A model generated the notes under the pieces. It saw only the letters and a program-made list of their open reading frames with translations. It was not told where the DNA came from and made no database searches. Of a stretch of 24,000 nucleotides of DNA, positions 1-8,874 are shown piece by piece. The position numbers and the translations under genes were made by a program. Every line of letters begins with the position of its first letter. The stretch's first letter is position 1. Source of the stretch: Streptomyces cremeus (GTDB taxonomy: Bacteria; Actinomycetota; Actinomycetes; Streptomycetales; Streptomycetaceae); assembly GCF_039535435.1 (NCBI RefSeq), contig NZ_BAAAXE010000013.1, positions 747,289-771,288 on the forward strand. Direction: 5' to 3'.

Positions 1-163
1 ACGGCCCAAGATCGGCAAGCGGCGCGAGGAGGCCCAGAAGGTGCTGAGCGCGGCGGTCGGCGCGCCGGTCTCGGTGTCCGGGACGACCAGCGACGGGCTC
101 GGGCTCACCGGGCGCGCCGAGGGTCTCGCGGCGATCGCCACGGCGCTGGTCCACCGCGCCTGA
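1..163 (+). CDS. ispF: 2-C-methyl-D-erythritol 2,4-cyclodiphosphate synthase, C-terminal fragment (gene starts upstream of the window)
   Basis: Frame 2 is open from the window edge to TGA 161-163. The translation [53 protein letters not shown] resembles the conserved IspF C-terminus (RPKI..., TT.E/D.LGFTGRGEG). ispF upstream of cysS is the usual actinobacterial arrangement. Confidence 0.6.
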   Translation, partial: RPKIGKRREEAQKVLSAAVGAPVSVSGTTSDGLGLTGRAEGLAAIATALVHRA

Positions 164-263
164 GGCCGCGTGCCCGGTGCCGCTGAACCTCCCGTTCCGC
201 TCTTGCGCACGCCTTGCACGTACGCTGGTACGGCAAGGCGTGCGACAGGAGTGGAGGCCGGCG

Positions 264-839
264 GTGACGGCGACGACCGAGGTCAGGACCGGCGTCCCCG
301 CCGGATACGTGCTGCGGCCCGCGACCCCCGAGGACGTCGGCGGGGCCCGCGCCGTCATGCTGGACACCGTCTACCGCGACCTGGGGTCCGGGTACGTACC
401 GCGCTGGCACGCGGACATCATCGACCCCGACGGAACGTATCTGCGCCCCGAGCGGCGCACCCTCCTGGTGGTCGAGAAGGACGGCGGGATCGTCGCCACC
501 GGGGCCGTCCGCGACCAGGGGCCCCAGGCGCCGCCCAATCCGGAATGGGTCGCCGAGCGCTTCCCGTCCGGGACCACCGCCCAGTTGTGCCGGATCTACG
601 TCCGCCCGGAACACCGGCGGCACGGGCTCGCCCGCGCGCTGGTGAGTGAACTGTGCGACTTTGTCGTCAAGGCCGGCGGGTACGAGGCGGTCTATCTGCA
701 CACCGACCCCGCCGTTCCGGGCGCCGAGCCGTTCTGGCGCTCGCTGGCGACCGAGGTCTGCGACGAGCGGAAGCTGCCCGGCGGGGGGCAGGGCATCGTC
801 CACTTCGAGCTGCCCGTCGCGGAGATCGCCGCCCGCTAG
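264..839 (+). CDS. GNAT family N-acetyltransferase
   Basis: The track ORF is 177..839, but its first ~29 codons have poor third-position GC. GTG 264 is preceded by AGGAGTGGAGG (247-257). Acetyl-CoA motif A is present: RIYVRPEHRRHGLARALV. The start is uncertain (177 or 264). Confidence 0.75.
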   Translation: MTATTEVRTGVPAGYVLRPATPEDVGGARAVMLDTVYRDLGSGYVPRWHADIIDPDGTYLRPERRTLLVVEKDGGIVATGAVRDQGPQAPPNPEWVAERFPSGTTAQLCRIYVRPEHRRHGLARALVSELCDFVVKAGGYEAVYLHTDPAVPGAEPFWRSLATEVCDERKLPGGGQGIVHFELPVAEIAAR

Positions 840-869
840 GTGACAATCGTTTTCAGGTAGGGTCGTGAC

Positions 870-2396
870 ATGTCCTCGATACGCCGTCGTGCCGCGCTGC
901 CCCTCGCAGCGACCGCCGCCACGCTCGCCCTGACCGTCACGGCCTGCGGAGGCGGTGGTTCCGGAAGTGCGACGGGCTCGGGGGACGGCGGACGGCTGCG
1001 GGTCTCGCTCGCCTTTCCGCCCGCGCAGGCCATGTCCCCGTACGGCGACGACGCCGTGACCCTCAGCCGTCTCGCGGTCGTCGAGGGCCTCACCGCGCTC
1101 GGCAGGAACGGCGAGGCACTGCCCGCACTGGCCACCGGGTGGAAGCCCGACGGCGACAGGGCCTGGACCTTCACCCTCCGCAAGGCCGTCTTCCAGGACG
1201 GCAAGCCGGTCGACGCCGAGTCCGTCGTGCGCGCGCTGGCCGCCGCCGAACAGGCCTCGCCCAAGCCGCGCGTGCTCAGCGACACGGACATCGAGGCCGA
1301 GGCCGTCGTCTCCGGCGGCGTCCAGACCGTACGCATCACGACGAAGACCGCCGACCCGCTGCTGCCCCAGCGCCTGGCGAACCCCTCGCTGGCGATCCTG
1401 TCGGCGGGCGCGTACGGCGGCGGCAAGGTGAACCCCGCCGGGCACGCCACCGGCCCGTTCACCCTGACCGAGCTCAACGGCGCCGTCAGCGCGACCCTGA
1501 CCAGGAACGACTCCTACTGGGGCACGAAGGCCAAGGCCCCCGGCGTCGACGTGAAGTTCGTCGCTGACGGCAAGGCGCGGGCCAACGCCCTGCGCGCCGG
1601 ACAGACCGACATCGCCGAGTACGTGCCCGTCTCGCAGGCCTCCCTGCTGGACGAGGGGCAGGTCCGCGAGGTGCCCACCGCGCGCACCAACAGCCTGTAC
1701 CTCAACACCCGGAAGGGCCCCTTCGCGGACGCCGCGCTGCGGGCCGCCGCCCGCACCGCCGCCGACAGCAAGGCGCTGGTCGAGGGCGTGTACGAGGGCC
1801 GGGCCGACACCGCGCAGGGCCTCTTCGGGCCGGGCGTCGGCTGGGCGGCGAAGCAGCGCGTGCCCGTCGCGGACCGGACCGCCCCCGCACCGAAGGACGA
1901 GGTCACGGCCGCCGGCGAGATCGTCCTCGCCACCTACACCAACCGGCCCGAGCTGCCCGAGGTCGCCACGGCCGTGCAGCAGCAGTGGGAGAAGGCGGGC
2001 TTCCGGGTCCGCCAGGTGGTCCGGGACTACGCGCAGATGGAGGCCGACGCGCTCGGCGGGAAGTTCGACGCGTTCATCCTGCCGCGCAACACCCTGCTCG
2101 ACACCGGCGACCCGTCCTCGTACCTGGCCAGCGACTTCACCTGCGCCGGGTCCTTCAACATCGCCCAGCTCTGCGACAAGCAGGTCGACGCGGCCGTCGC
2201 CGCGACCGTCTCCGCCGCCGGGACCCCGGACCGGCAGGCCGCCGAGATGAAGGCCGAGGCGGCCGTGCTGCGCACGGACGCGGTGGTTCCGCTGGTGCAC
2301 GAGCGGTTCGTGCAGGGCGTCGGCAAGGGCGTCGAGGGCGTCTCGCTCGACCCGACGGAGCGGACGCTGGTCACCGCCGACACGCGCGTCGGATGA
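870..2396 (+). CDS. ABC transporter substrate-binding lipoprotein, family 5 (Opp/Dpp/Nik-type)
   Basis: 508-aa ORF with strong codon bias. The N-terminal lipoprotein signal has a lipobox (LALTVTAC followed by GGGGSGS). Length and sequence are typical of peptide/nickel/opine-type SBPs. The stop overlaps the next start (ATGA at 2393-2396). Confidence 0.85.
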   Translation: MSSIRRRAALPLAATAATLALTVTACGGGGSGSATGSGDGGRLRVSLAFPPAQAMSPYGDDAVTLSRLAVVEGLTALGRNGEALPALATGWKPDGDRAWTFTLRKAVFQDGKPVDAESVVRALAAAEQASPKPRVLSDTDIEAEAVVSGGVQTVRITTKTADPLLPQRLANPSLAILSAGAYGGGKVNPAGHATGPFTLTELNGAVSATLTRNDSYWGTKAKAPGVDVKFVADGKARANALRAGQTDIAEYVPVSQASLLDEGQVREVPTARTNSLYLNTRKGPFADAALRAAARTAADSKALVEGVYEGRADTAQGLFGPGVGWAAKQRVPVADRTAPAPKDEVTAAGEIVLATYTNRPELPEVATAVQQQWEKAGFRVRQVVRDYAQMEADALGGKFDAFILPRNTLLDTGDPSSYLASDFTCAGSFNIAQLCDKQVDAAVAATVSAAGTPDRQAAEMKAEAAVLRTDAVVPLVHERFVQGVGKGVEGVSLDPTERTLVTADTRVG

Positions 2397-4159
2397 GGCT
2401 GGGAGGGCTCGCCGGGAGGGCCGCCGCCCTCGTCGGCATGGTGCTGGCCGTCGGGCTGCTGCCCTGGCTGACCAGGAACGATCCGGCTCTGACCATCCTG
2501 CACGCGCGGTACGCCGACCGGCCGCCGACCCCCGGGGTGCTCGCCGCGATCCGCGCGGAGACCGGCCTCGACGGCGGCCCGCCGCAGGTGCTGGGCGACT
2601 GGCTGGGCGGGGTCGCGCACGGGGACTTCGGGGTGTCGTGGGTGTCGGGCGCGCCCGTCGGCCCGGACGTGACGGCCGCCCTCGGGGTCTCCCTGACCCT
2701 GATGGGCTGTTCGCTGCTGGTGGCCGTGGTGCTGGCGGGGCTGCTGTGCCTGCGGACGCTGCGGCTCGGGGCGCGGCGCGGGCTCGTCCGGGCGCGGGCG
2801 GGCGTGCTCGGGGCGGCGCTCGCCGCGCTGCCGGAGTTCCTGGTCGCGGCGGTGCTGGCGACGGTCTTCGCCGTGCAGGCGGGGTGGTTCCCCGCAGTGG
2901 GCTGGGGGACCTTCTCCTCGGCCGTCCTCCCCGCCGTCGCCATGGGCGTCCCGGCGGGCGCGCTGCTCGGGCGGCTGCTGGACGACGCGCTGCCGGCGGC
3001 CTTCGCGGAGCCCTGGGCGCGGGCGGCTGCGGCCCGCGGCATTCCCGGCGTCCGGGTGGCGCGGCACGCCCTGCGCCGGACGCTGCCCGGGGTGCTGCCG
3101 CAGTTCGGGTTCGTGGTGGTCGGCCTGACCGGCGGGGCGGTCGCGGTGGAGACCCTCTTCGCGATTCCGGGTCTCGGCGGCACCGCGCTGAGCGCCGCCC
3201 TGGCCCAGGACCTGCCGGTGCTTCAGGCGGCCGTGCTGGTGCTGCTGTTGCTCGGGGTGGCGGCGGGGCTCGCGGTGCGGGGGCTCGGGCGGCTGCTCCT
3301 CGGGCCCGCGCTGCAGGACGGTGCGCTGCCGACGCTGGTCAGGCCCCGGCTCGCGGCGGGGCGGACGGTGCGGTGGGGGGCCGTGCTGGTGACGGTGGTG
3401 TTCGTGGGGGTGGTGGTGGCGGGGCTGCTGCGGGACCCGTACGCCATCGACGTGACGGCCCGGCTGGCGGGGCCCGGGGCCGGGCATCCCCTCGGCACGG
3501 ACTCGCTCGGCCGCGACACGCTGGCCCGGCTCGGGCACGGGGCGGGACGGACGGTGCTGGCGGCGCTGGCGGTCTCCGCGGTGACGCTGGTGATCGGGGT
3601 GCTGGTGGGACTGGTCCCCGGGGCCGGGGGCTTCACCGAGATGGTCAACGCGCTGCCCGCGATCGTCGCGGGCCTGGTGGTCGCGGGCGTCGCGGGCCCG
3701 GGCGCGGTGGCGGCCGCGGTCGCGGTGTCGGTGGTGGCCTGGGCGCCGCTGGCCGCGCACACCCGGGCGCTGTACGAGCAGGAACGGGCCGCTCCGCATG
3801 TGGCGGCGGCCCGGGCGGCGGGGGCCGGGCCCGGGTGGGTGCTGCGCCGCCACATCCTGCCGGGGGTGCTGCCGGGGGTCGTCCGGCACGCGGTGCTGCG
3901 CGTTCCGGCGCTCGCCCTGGCCCTCGCCTCGCTGAGCTTCCTCGGACTGGGTGCGGCGCCGCCGGCCCCCGAGTGGGGGCGGATGCTGGCCGAGAACATG
4001 CCGTACGCGGAACGGGCGCCGTGGGCGGTGCTGGGACCGGCGGGGGCGCTGGTGGCGCTGGGGACGGGGGCGGTGTTGTGGGCGGCGGTCGCGGGAGGCG
4101 GACGGCGCGGGCGGTCGTCCACAGCTGTGGACGAAGGGGTCGCGGAGGTACGGGTGTGA
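2393..4159 (+). CDS. ABC transporter permease, fused DppB-like + DppC-like double domain
   Basis: The ATG at 2393 overlaps the SBP stop. The 588-aa product is polytopic. It has two EAA-loop-like segments (EPWARAAAARGIPGVRVARHALRRTLP and APHVAAARAAGAGPGWVLRRHILPGVLP), each within its own set of TM helices, plus a GTDSLGRD motif typical of DppC N-termini. There is no stop between the halves. Confidence 0.8.
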   Translation: MRLGGLAGRAAALVGMVLAVGLLPWLTRNDPALTILHARYADRPPTPGVLAAIRAETGLDGGPPQVLGDWLGGVAHGDFGVSWVSGAPVGPDVTAALGVSLTLMGCSLLVAVVLAGLLCLRTLRLGARRGLVRARAGVLGAALAALPEFLVAAVLATVFAVQAGWFPAVGWGTFSSAVLPAVAMGVPAGALLGRLLDDALPAAFAEPWARAAAARGIPGVRVARHALRRTLPGVLPQFGFVVVGLTGGAVAVETLFAIPGLGGTALSAALAQDLPVLQAAVLVLLLLGVAAGLAVRGLGRLLLGPALQDGALPTLVRPRLAAGRTVRWGAVLVTVVFVGVVVAGLLRDPYAIDVTARLAGPGAGHPLGTDSLGRDTLARLGHGAGRTVLAALAVSAVTLVIGVLVGLVPGAGGFTEMVNALPAIVAGLVVAGVAGPGAVAAAVAVSVVAWAPLAAHTRALYEQERAAPHVAAARAAGAGPGWVLRRHILPGVLPGVVRHAVLRVPALALALASLSFLGLGAAPPAPEWGRMLAENMPYAERAPWAVLGPAGALVALGTGAVLWAAVAGGGRRGRSSTAVDEGVAEVRV

Positions 4160-4270
4160 GGGGGCCGGACGGGGGCGGCTGCGGCGGGGCCGGGGCGGGC
4201 CCGGACCCCGGCGGCCTCGACGAGGGGGCGGCGACCGGCGCCGGGGCGGGCCGGAGGGCGGCGTCCGGGC

Positions 4271-4390
4271 GGGCCGGGAGCGGGCGGGGCCGCCCCCTCG
4301 CCCGCCCGTTCCGCCCCCTGGGGGCGGCCCCGTCGCCCAAGGGGGCGGGGGGAGCGTCGCCCAAGGGGACAGGGGAGCCCAAGGGGACGG
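4271..4390. repeat. GC-rich dispersed palindromic repeat, copy A (core shared with 22622..22800)
   Basis: 4271-4307 (GGGCCGGGAGCGGGCGGGGCCGCCCCCTCGCCCGCCC) matches 22622-22658 with 2 mismatches. 4314-4344 (CCCCCTGGGGGCGGCCCCGTCGCCCAAGGGG) matches 22704-22734 almost exactly. It is followed by three GCCCAAGGGG sub-repeats (4335, 4359, 4377). Outer boundaries are not defined. Confidence 0.7.
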
Positions 4391-4470
4391 GGACGGCGGG
4401 GAAGGCGGCCCCGTCGCCCGAGAGGACCGGGGCGGAGGGGGCCGCCCCGGCGCTCCGGGGCCGGTGGCGG

Positions 4471-5685
4471 GTGTTCCGGGAGGTGCGCGGGCTGCCGGCG
4501 TACCTGCGGCTTCTGGTGGGGACGCAGCTCGCGTTCAACGTGGGGTTCTTCGCCGTGCTGCCGTACCTGGCGCAGCATCTCGGCACGGCGCTCGGGATGG
4601 CCGGGTGGGCGGTCGGGTTCGTGCTGGGGCTGCGCACCTTCAGCCAGCAGGGTCTCTTCGTCGTGGGCGGGGCCCTCACCGACCGGTACGGGCCGAGGCC
4701 CGTGGTGCTGGTGGGGTGCGTGCTGCGGATCGCCGGGTTCGGCTGGCTGGCGTTCGCGGAGGAGACGGCGACCGTGGTCGGGGCCGTCCTGCTGATCGGG
4801 TTCGCGGCGGCGCTGTTCTCGCCCGCCGTCGAGTCGGAGACCGCGCGGGAGGCCGTGCGGTTCGAGGCGGCGACCGGGACGCCCCGGGCCCAGGTGCTGG
4901 CCGTGTTCTCCGCGGCCGGGCAGGCGGGCGCGTTCCTCGGGCCGCTGCTGGGGTCCCTGCTGCTGGGGGCCGGGTTCCGGGCGGTCTGTCTGGCGGGGGC
5001 CGCGGTGTTCGTGGCCGTGCTGGCCGGACACTGGCGGCTGATGCCCGCCCGCGAAGGGGCGCACGAGCGGGAGCACCGGCGGGGCGGGGTGCGGGCGCTG
5101 CTGGCCGGCCCCGGCTTCGCCGTCGTGTGCCTGGCGTACGGCTCCTACCTCGTCGCGTACAACCAGCTCTACCTCTCCCTGCCCGCCGAGGTGGAACGGG
5201 CGACCGGCTCGCAGGCCGCGCTCGGGTGGCTGTTCGCGCTGTCCTCGCTGCTGGTGGTGTCCGTGCAGCTCCCCGTCACCCGGTGGGCGGGCCGGCGGCT
5301 GGGACTGCGTACCGCGCTGGTCAGCGGGCTGTGCGTGGTGGGGGCCGGGTTCCTCGGCGTCGCCGCCTCCGTGCCCCTGCGCCTCACCGGGGCCGCCGGG
5401 CTGCTTCCCGGCGCGTTCCTCGTCGTCGCCGTCACGCTCGGGCAGATGCTGCTCGTGCCCGCCGCCCGCGCCCTCGTGCCCGACCTCGTCGACGACCGGC
5501 ACCTCGGACTCGCCATGGGGGCGCTGTCCTCCGTGTCGGGGCTGGTCGTGCTGGTGGGGAGCTCCGCCACCGGCACGCTGACGGCCGGCGGGGGCGTGGT
5601 CCTGTGGAGCGTCCTGGCCGCCGTGCCACTGGCCGGAGCGCTTCTCGCGCGCTGCCTCCGCCATGGGGAGCGGGCGACCGGGTAG
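4471..5685 (+). CDS. MFS transporter
   Basis: This frame is open from 2638. The hydrophobic 12-TM-like core begins near LPAYLRLLVGTQLAFNVGFFAVLPYLAQHLG. GTG 4471 is the first start after the repeat element. An alternative GTG at 4156 (GTGA overlap with the permease stop) would add a 105-aa Gly/Pro/Arg-rich extension encoded by the repeat. The end at 5685 is firm. Confidence 0.75.
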   Translation: MFREVRGLPAYLRLLVGTQLAFNVGFFAVLPYLAQHLGTALGMAGWAVGFVLGLRTFSQQGLFVVGGALTDRYGPRPVVLVGCVLRIAGFGWLAFAEETATVVGAVLLIGFAAALFSPAVESETAREAVRFEAATGTPRAQVLAVFSAAGQAGAFLGPLLGSLLLGAGFRAVCLAGAAVFVAVLAGHWRLMPAREGAHEREHRRGGVRALLAGPGFAVVCLAYGSYLVAYNQLYLSLPAEVERATGSQAALGWLFALSSLLVVSVQLPVTRWAGRRLGLRTALVSGLCVVGAGFLGVAASVPLRLTGAAGLLPGAFLVVAVTLGQMLLVPAARALVPDLVDDRHLGLAMGALSSVSGLVVLVGSSATGTLTAGGGVVLWSVLAAVPLAGALLARCLRHGERATG

Positions 5686-5735
5686 ACGTAGAGAGGCCAA
5701 GCCGTACCCGTGACCCCCGGAAGGACGCGAACACC

Positions 5736-6140
5736 GTGACCGCCGCACTCAGCGACCAGCTCAAGGCACTCCTCGACACCCCCGTCTTCATCTCCGTCGC
5801 CACCATCCAGCCCGACGGCAGCCCCCAGGTCTCACCGGTCTGGGTGAAGCGGGACGGGGACGACGTGCTGTTCTCGACGACGCTCGGCAGGCGGAAGGAG
5901 AAGAACCTGCGGCGCGACCCCCGCGTCACCGTCCTCCTCCAGCCCTTCGACGCCCCCTACTCCTACGCCGAGATCCGCGGCACCGCCGAGCTGACGACCG
6001 AGGGCGGTCAGGAGCTCATCGACGAGCTGTCCGTGAAGTACACCGGCAAGAAGTACGCCGAGTTCAACCCGACCGCCGTCGACGACACCGAGCGCGTCGT
6101 CGTCCGCGTGCGGGCCCGCAAGGTCGTCGGCAACATCTGA
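5736..6140 (+). CDS. PPOX-class (pyridoxamine 5'-phosphate oxidase fold) probable F420/FMN-dependent oxidoreductase
   Basis: GTG 5736 is preceded by GGAAGGACG (5719-5727). The 134-aa product VTAALSDQLKALLDTPVFISVATIQPDGSPQVSPVWV...RKEKNLRRDPRVTVL...YAEIRGTA has the typical split-barrel PPOX/Rv1155-like pattern. Confidence 0.75.
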   Translation: MTAALSDQLKALLDTPVFISVATIQPDGSPQVSPVWVKRDGDDVLFSTTLGRRKEKNLRRDPRVTVLLQPFDAPYSYAEIRGTAELTTEGGQELIDELSVKYTGKKYAEFNPTAVDDTERVVVRVRARKVVGNI

Positions 6141-6222
6141 CGGGCGCCCCGGCCCGTGTCCCGCCGGGCCTCCGCGCGGGGTACGGGCCCGTGGCACGGC
6201 AAACACTCAGTACCCTTGAGAG

Positions 6223-7620
6223 GTGACTATTCGCCTGTACGACACCAGCGCCCGGCAGACGCGTGACTTCACCCCGCTCGTCCCGGGCTGTGTCTCGATC
6301 TACCTGTGTGGCGCCACCGTGCAGGCCGCCCCGCACATCGGGCACATCCGGTCGGGACTGAACTTCGACATCATGCGGCGGTGGTTCGCCCACCGCGGCT
6401 ACGACGTGACCTTCGTCCGCAACGTCACCGACATCGACGACAAGATCATCGCGAAGTCGGCCGAGCAGGACCGCCCGTGGTGGGCCATCGGCTACGAGAA
6501 CGAGCGCGTCTTCAACGACGGCTACACCGCTCTCGGCTGCCTGCCGCCCACCTACGAGCCCCGCGCCACCGGTCACATCACCGAGATGGTCGAGATGATG
6601 CAGGGCCTGATCGAGCGCGGGCACGCGTACGAGGCCGACGGCAGCGTCTACTTCGACGTCCGCTCGTACGACGGCTACCTGGAGCTCTCCAACCAGGAGC
6701 TCGACGGGCTGCGCCAGCCCGCCGAGGAGGGCATCACCGGCAAGCGCGACCCCCGCGACTTCGCCATGTGGAAGGCCGTCAAGCCGGGCGAGCCCAGCTG
6801 GGCGTCCCCCTGGGGCCGCGGCCGCCCCGGCTGGCACCTGGAGTGCTCGGCCATGGCGCACAAGTACCTCGGCCGGGCCTTCGACGTCCACGGCGGCGGC
6901 ATCGACCTGATCTTCCCGCACCACGAGAACGAGATCGCCCAGGCCAAGGCGTTCGGCGACGACTTCGCGAACTTCTGGGTGCACAACCACTGGGTGACGA
7001 TGGCCGGCGAGAAGATGGCCAAGTCCCTCGGGAACTCGGTCCTCGTCTCCGAGATGGTCAAGACCTGGCGGCCGATCGTGCTGCGCTACTACCTCGGCAC
7101 CCCGCACTACCGCTCCGCCATCGAGTACAGCGAGGAGGCCCTGCGCGAGGCGGAGTCGGCCTTCGCGCGCATCGAGGGCTTCGTGCAGCGCGTGGTGGAG
7201 AAGGCGGGGCCGGTCCAGCCCGCCGCCGAGGTGCCCCCGGCGTTCGCGGAGGCCATGGACGACGACCTCGGCGTCCCGCAGGCCCTCGCGATCATCCACA
7301 CCACCGTCCGCCAGGGGAACTCCGCCCTCGCCGCCGACGACAAGGAAGCCGCGGTGGCCCGCCTCGCCGAGGTCCGTGCCATGCTCGGTGTCCTGGGCCT
7401 GGACCCGCTCGACCCGCATTGGGCCGGCGAGTCCGACCGCGGCGAGGACCTGCACGGGGTCGTCGACACTCTCGTACGGCTCGTCCTCGACCAGCGCCAG
7501 TCCGCGCGCGAGCGCAAGGACTGGGCGGCGGCCGACGCCATCCGCGACCAGCTCCAGCAGACGGGCCTGGTCATCGAGGACAGCCCGGCCGGACCGAGGT
7601 GGACGCTCGGGCCCCGCTAG
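6223..7620 (+). CDS. cysS: cysteine--tRNA ligase
   Basis: 465 aa, GTG start preceded by GAGAGG. Class I motifs are present: HIGH-type (APHIGHIRS) and KMSKS-type (KMAKSLGN). Overall CysS-like sequence (YLCGATVQ, WHLECSAM, HHENEIAQ). Confidence 0.97.
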   Translation: MTIRLYDTSARQTRDFTPLVPGCVSIYLCGATVQAAPHIGHIRSGLNFDIMRRWFAHRGYDVTFVRNVTDIDDKIIAKSAEQDRPWWAIGYENERVFNDGYTALGCLPPTYEPRATGHITEMVEMMQGLIERGHAYEADGSVYFDVRSYDGYLELSNQELDGLRQPAEEGITGKRDPRDFAMWKAVKPGEPSWASPWGRGRPGWHLECSAMAHKYLGRAFDVHGGGIDLIFPHHENEIAQAKAFGDDFANFWVHNHWVTMAGEKMAKSLGNSVLVSEMVKTWRPIVLRYYLGTPHYRSAIEYSEEALREAESAFARIEGFVQRVVEKAGPVQPAAEVPPAFAEAMDDDLGVPQALAIIHTTVRQGNSALAADDKEAAVARLAEVRAMLGVLGLDPLDPHWAGESDRGEDLHGVVDTLVRLVLDQRQSARERKDWAAADAIRDQLQQTGLVIEDSPAGPRWTLGPR

Positions 7621-7643
7621 GGGCTGTCCCAGGGCTTACCGAC

Positions 7644-7669
7644 GTGCCGCCCGGGCTCCCGGGCGGCAC
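7644..7669 (+). terminator. Stem-loop downstream of cysS
   Basis: Perfect 11-bp inverted repeat GTGCCGCCCGG (7644-7654) / CCGGGCGGCAC (7659-7669) with a 4-nt loop, 24 nt after the cysS stop. No clear U-tract, which is common in Streptomyces. Confidence 0.55.
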
Positions 7670-7751
7670 ACTTCATTGACGTACACACGAACGACGCATA
7701 GACGATCTGCATCACCATGTGGATCGCCGGATCCACAGGAAACAGGTAGTC

Positions 7752-8708
7752 ATGGCCGGCAACAGCCAGCGCAGGAACCGACGCACGTCCAACAAGAAGG
7801 GCATGCAGGTCGGCAGCGGCGGACAGCGCCGCAAGGGTCTCGAGGGCAGGGGCCCGACCCCGAAGGCGGAGGACCGCAAGAAGCACAAGGCGAACCGTCT
7901 CGCCACCGCCAAGGCCAAGCACGCCCAGGCCCGCCGCCCCGCCCCGCGCCGCGGCGGCGCCAAGGGCACCTCGGAGATGGTCGTCGGCCGCAACCCGGTC
8001 TACGAGGCCCTGCGCGACGGCGTCCCCGCCATCACGCTCTACATCCAGCAGTACATCGACAACGACGAGCGGGTCCGCGAGATCCTCCAGCTCGCCGGCG
8101 AGCGCGGCAAGATCAACCTCATGGAGGCGCCGCGCGCCGAGCTGGACCGGATGACCAACGGCCTCAACCACCAGGGCGTCGTCCTCCAGGTCCCGCCGTA
8201 CGAGTACGCCCACCCGCAGGACCTGCTGGACGCGGCGTACGACAACCACGAGGAGCCCCTGGTCGTCGCGCTGGACGGCGTGACCGACCCGCGCAACCTC
8301 GGCGCGATCATCCGCTCCACCTCCGCCTTCGGCGGCCACGGCGTCGTCGTGCCCGAGCGGCGCGCGGCCGGCATGACCGCCGGGGCGTGGAAGTCCTCCG
8401 CCGGCACCGCCGCCCGCACCCCCGTCTCGCGCGTCACCAACCTGACCCGCGCGCTGGAGGAGTACAAGAAGGCCGGTGTCACGGTCGTCGGCCTCGCCGC
8501 CGACGGCGAGCACAAGGTCGAGGACCTGGAGCAGCTCGCGGGCCCGGTCTGCATCGTCATCGGCGGCGAGGGCAAGGGCCTGGGCCGCCTGGTCGGCGAG
8601 ACCTGCGACTACCGGGTGCGGATCTCGATGCCGGGCGGCGCGGAGTCGCTGAACGCCGGCGTCGCGGCCGGGATCGTCCTGTACGAGACGGCGCGTCGCC
8701 GGAAGTAG
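7752..8708 (+). CDS. rlmB: 23S rRNA (guanosine-2'-O)-methyltransferase RlmB (SpoU/TrmH family)
   Basis: ATG 7752 is preceded by AGGAAACAGG. The product has a basic N-terminal tail followed by SpoU/TrmH motifs (DPRNLGAIIRS, IVIGGEGKGL, ESLNAGVAAGIVLYE). The position after cysS is conserved in actinobacteria. Confidence 0.9.
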   Translation: MAGNSQRRNRRTSNKKGMQVGSGGQRRKGLEGRGPTPKAEDRKKHKANRLATAKAKHAQARRPAPRRGGAKGTSEMVVGRNPVYEALRDGVPAITLYIQQYIDNDERVREILQLAGERGKINLMEAPRAELDRMTNGLNHQGVVLQVPPYEYAHPQDLLDAAYDNHEEPLVVALDGVTDPRNLGAIIRSTSAFGGHGVVVPERRAAGMTAGAWKSSAGTAARTPVSRVTNLTRALEEYKKAGVTVVGLAADGEHKVEDLEQLAGPVCIVIGGEGKGLGRLVGETCDYRVRISMPGGAESLNAGVAAGIVLYETARRRK

Positions 8709-8725
8709 CGCGTCCGGTCGTGCCG

Positions 8726-8752
8726 AGGGCCCCGGATTCCGTCCGGGGCCCT
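8726..8752 (+). terminator. Stem-loop downstream of rlmB
   Basis: AGGGCCCCGGA (8726-8736) / TCCGGGGCCCT (8742-8752): 11-bp perfect stem, 5-nt loop, followed by TCTCGTCC. Confidence 0.55.
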
Positions 8753-8874
8753 TCTCGTCCACCTGTGGTGACCTGCGGCGTCGGCGGGAACGGGGCGAGA
8801 TCGTGTCAGTTTGACGGGTCTCGGACAGATCGAAGGCGTCAAGGCAGTGTCCTCAACACACTTCACTCGGTTAG

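Noticed and set aside
4156-4470. GTG 4156 (GTGA overlap with the permease stop) as the MFS start, giving a 105-aa Gly/Pro/Arg-rich N-terminal extension.
   Set aside because: Not excluded, but the segment is the dispersed repeat that also occurs in clearly non-coding DNA at 22.6-22.8 kb. Its near-uniform G/C content makes frame statistics uninformative. The conservative start is 4471.
7676-7704. TTGACG (7676-7681) plus TAGACG (7699-7704, 17-nt spacer) as the rlmB promoter, and the nearby TGGATC-gccg-GATCCA palindrome (7719-7734).
   Set aside because: The -10 candidate lacks the conserved final T, and I cannot distinguish it from chance. It is noted but not annotated as a feature.
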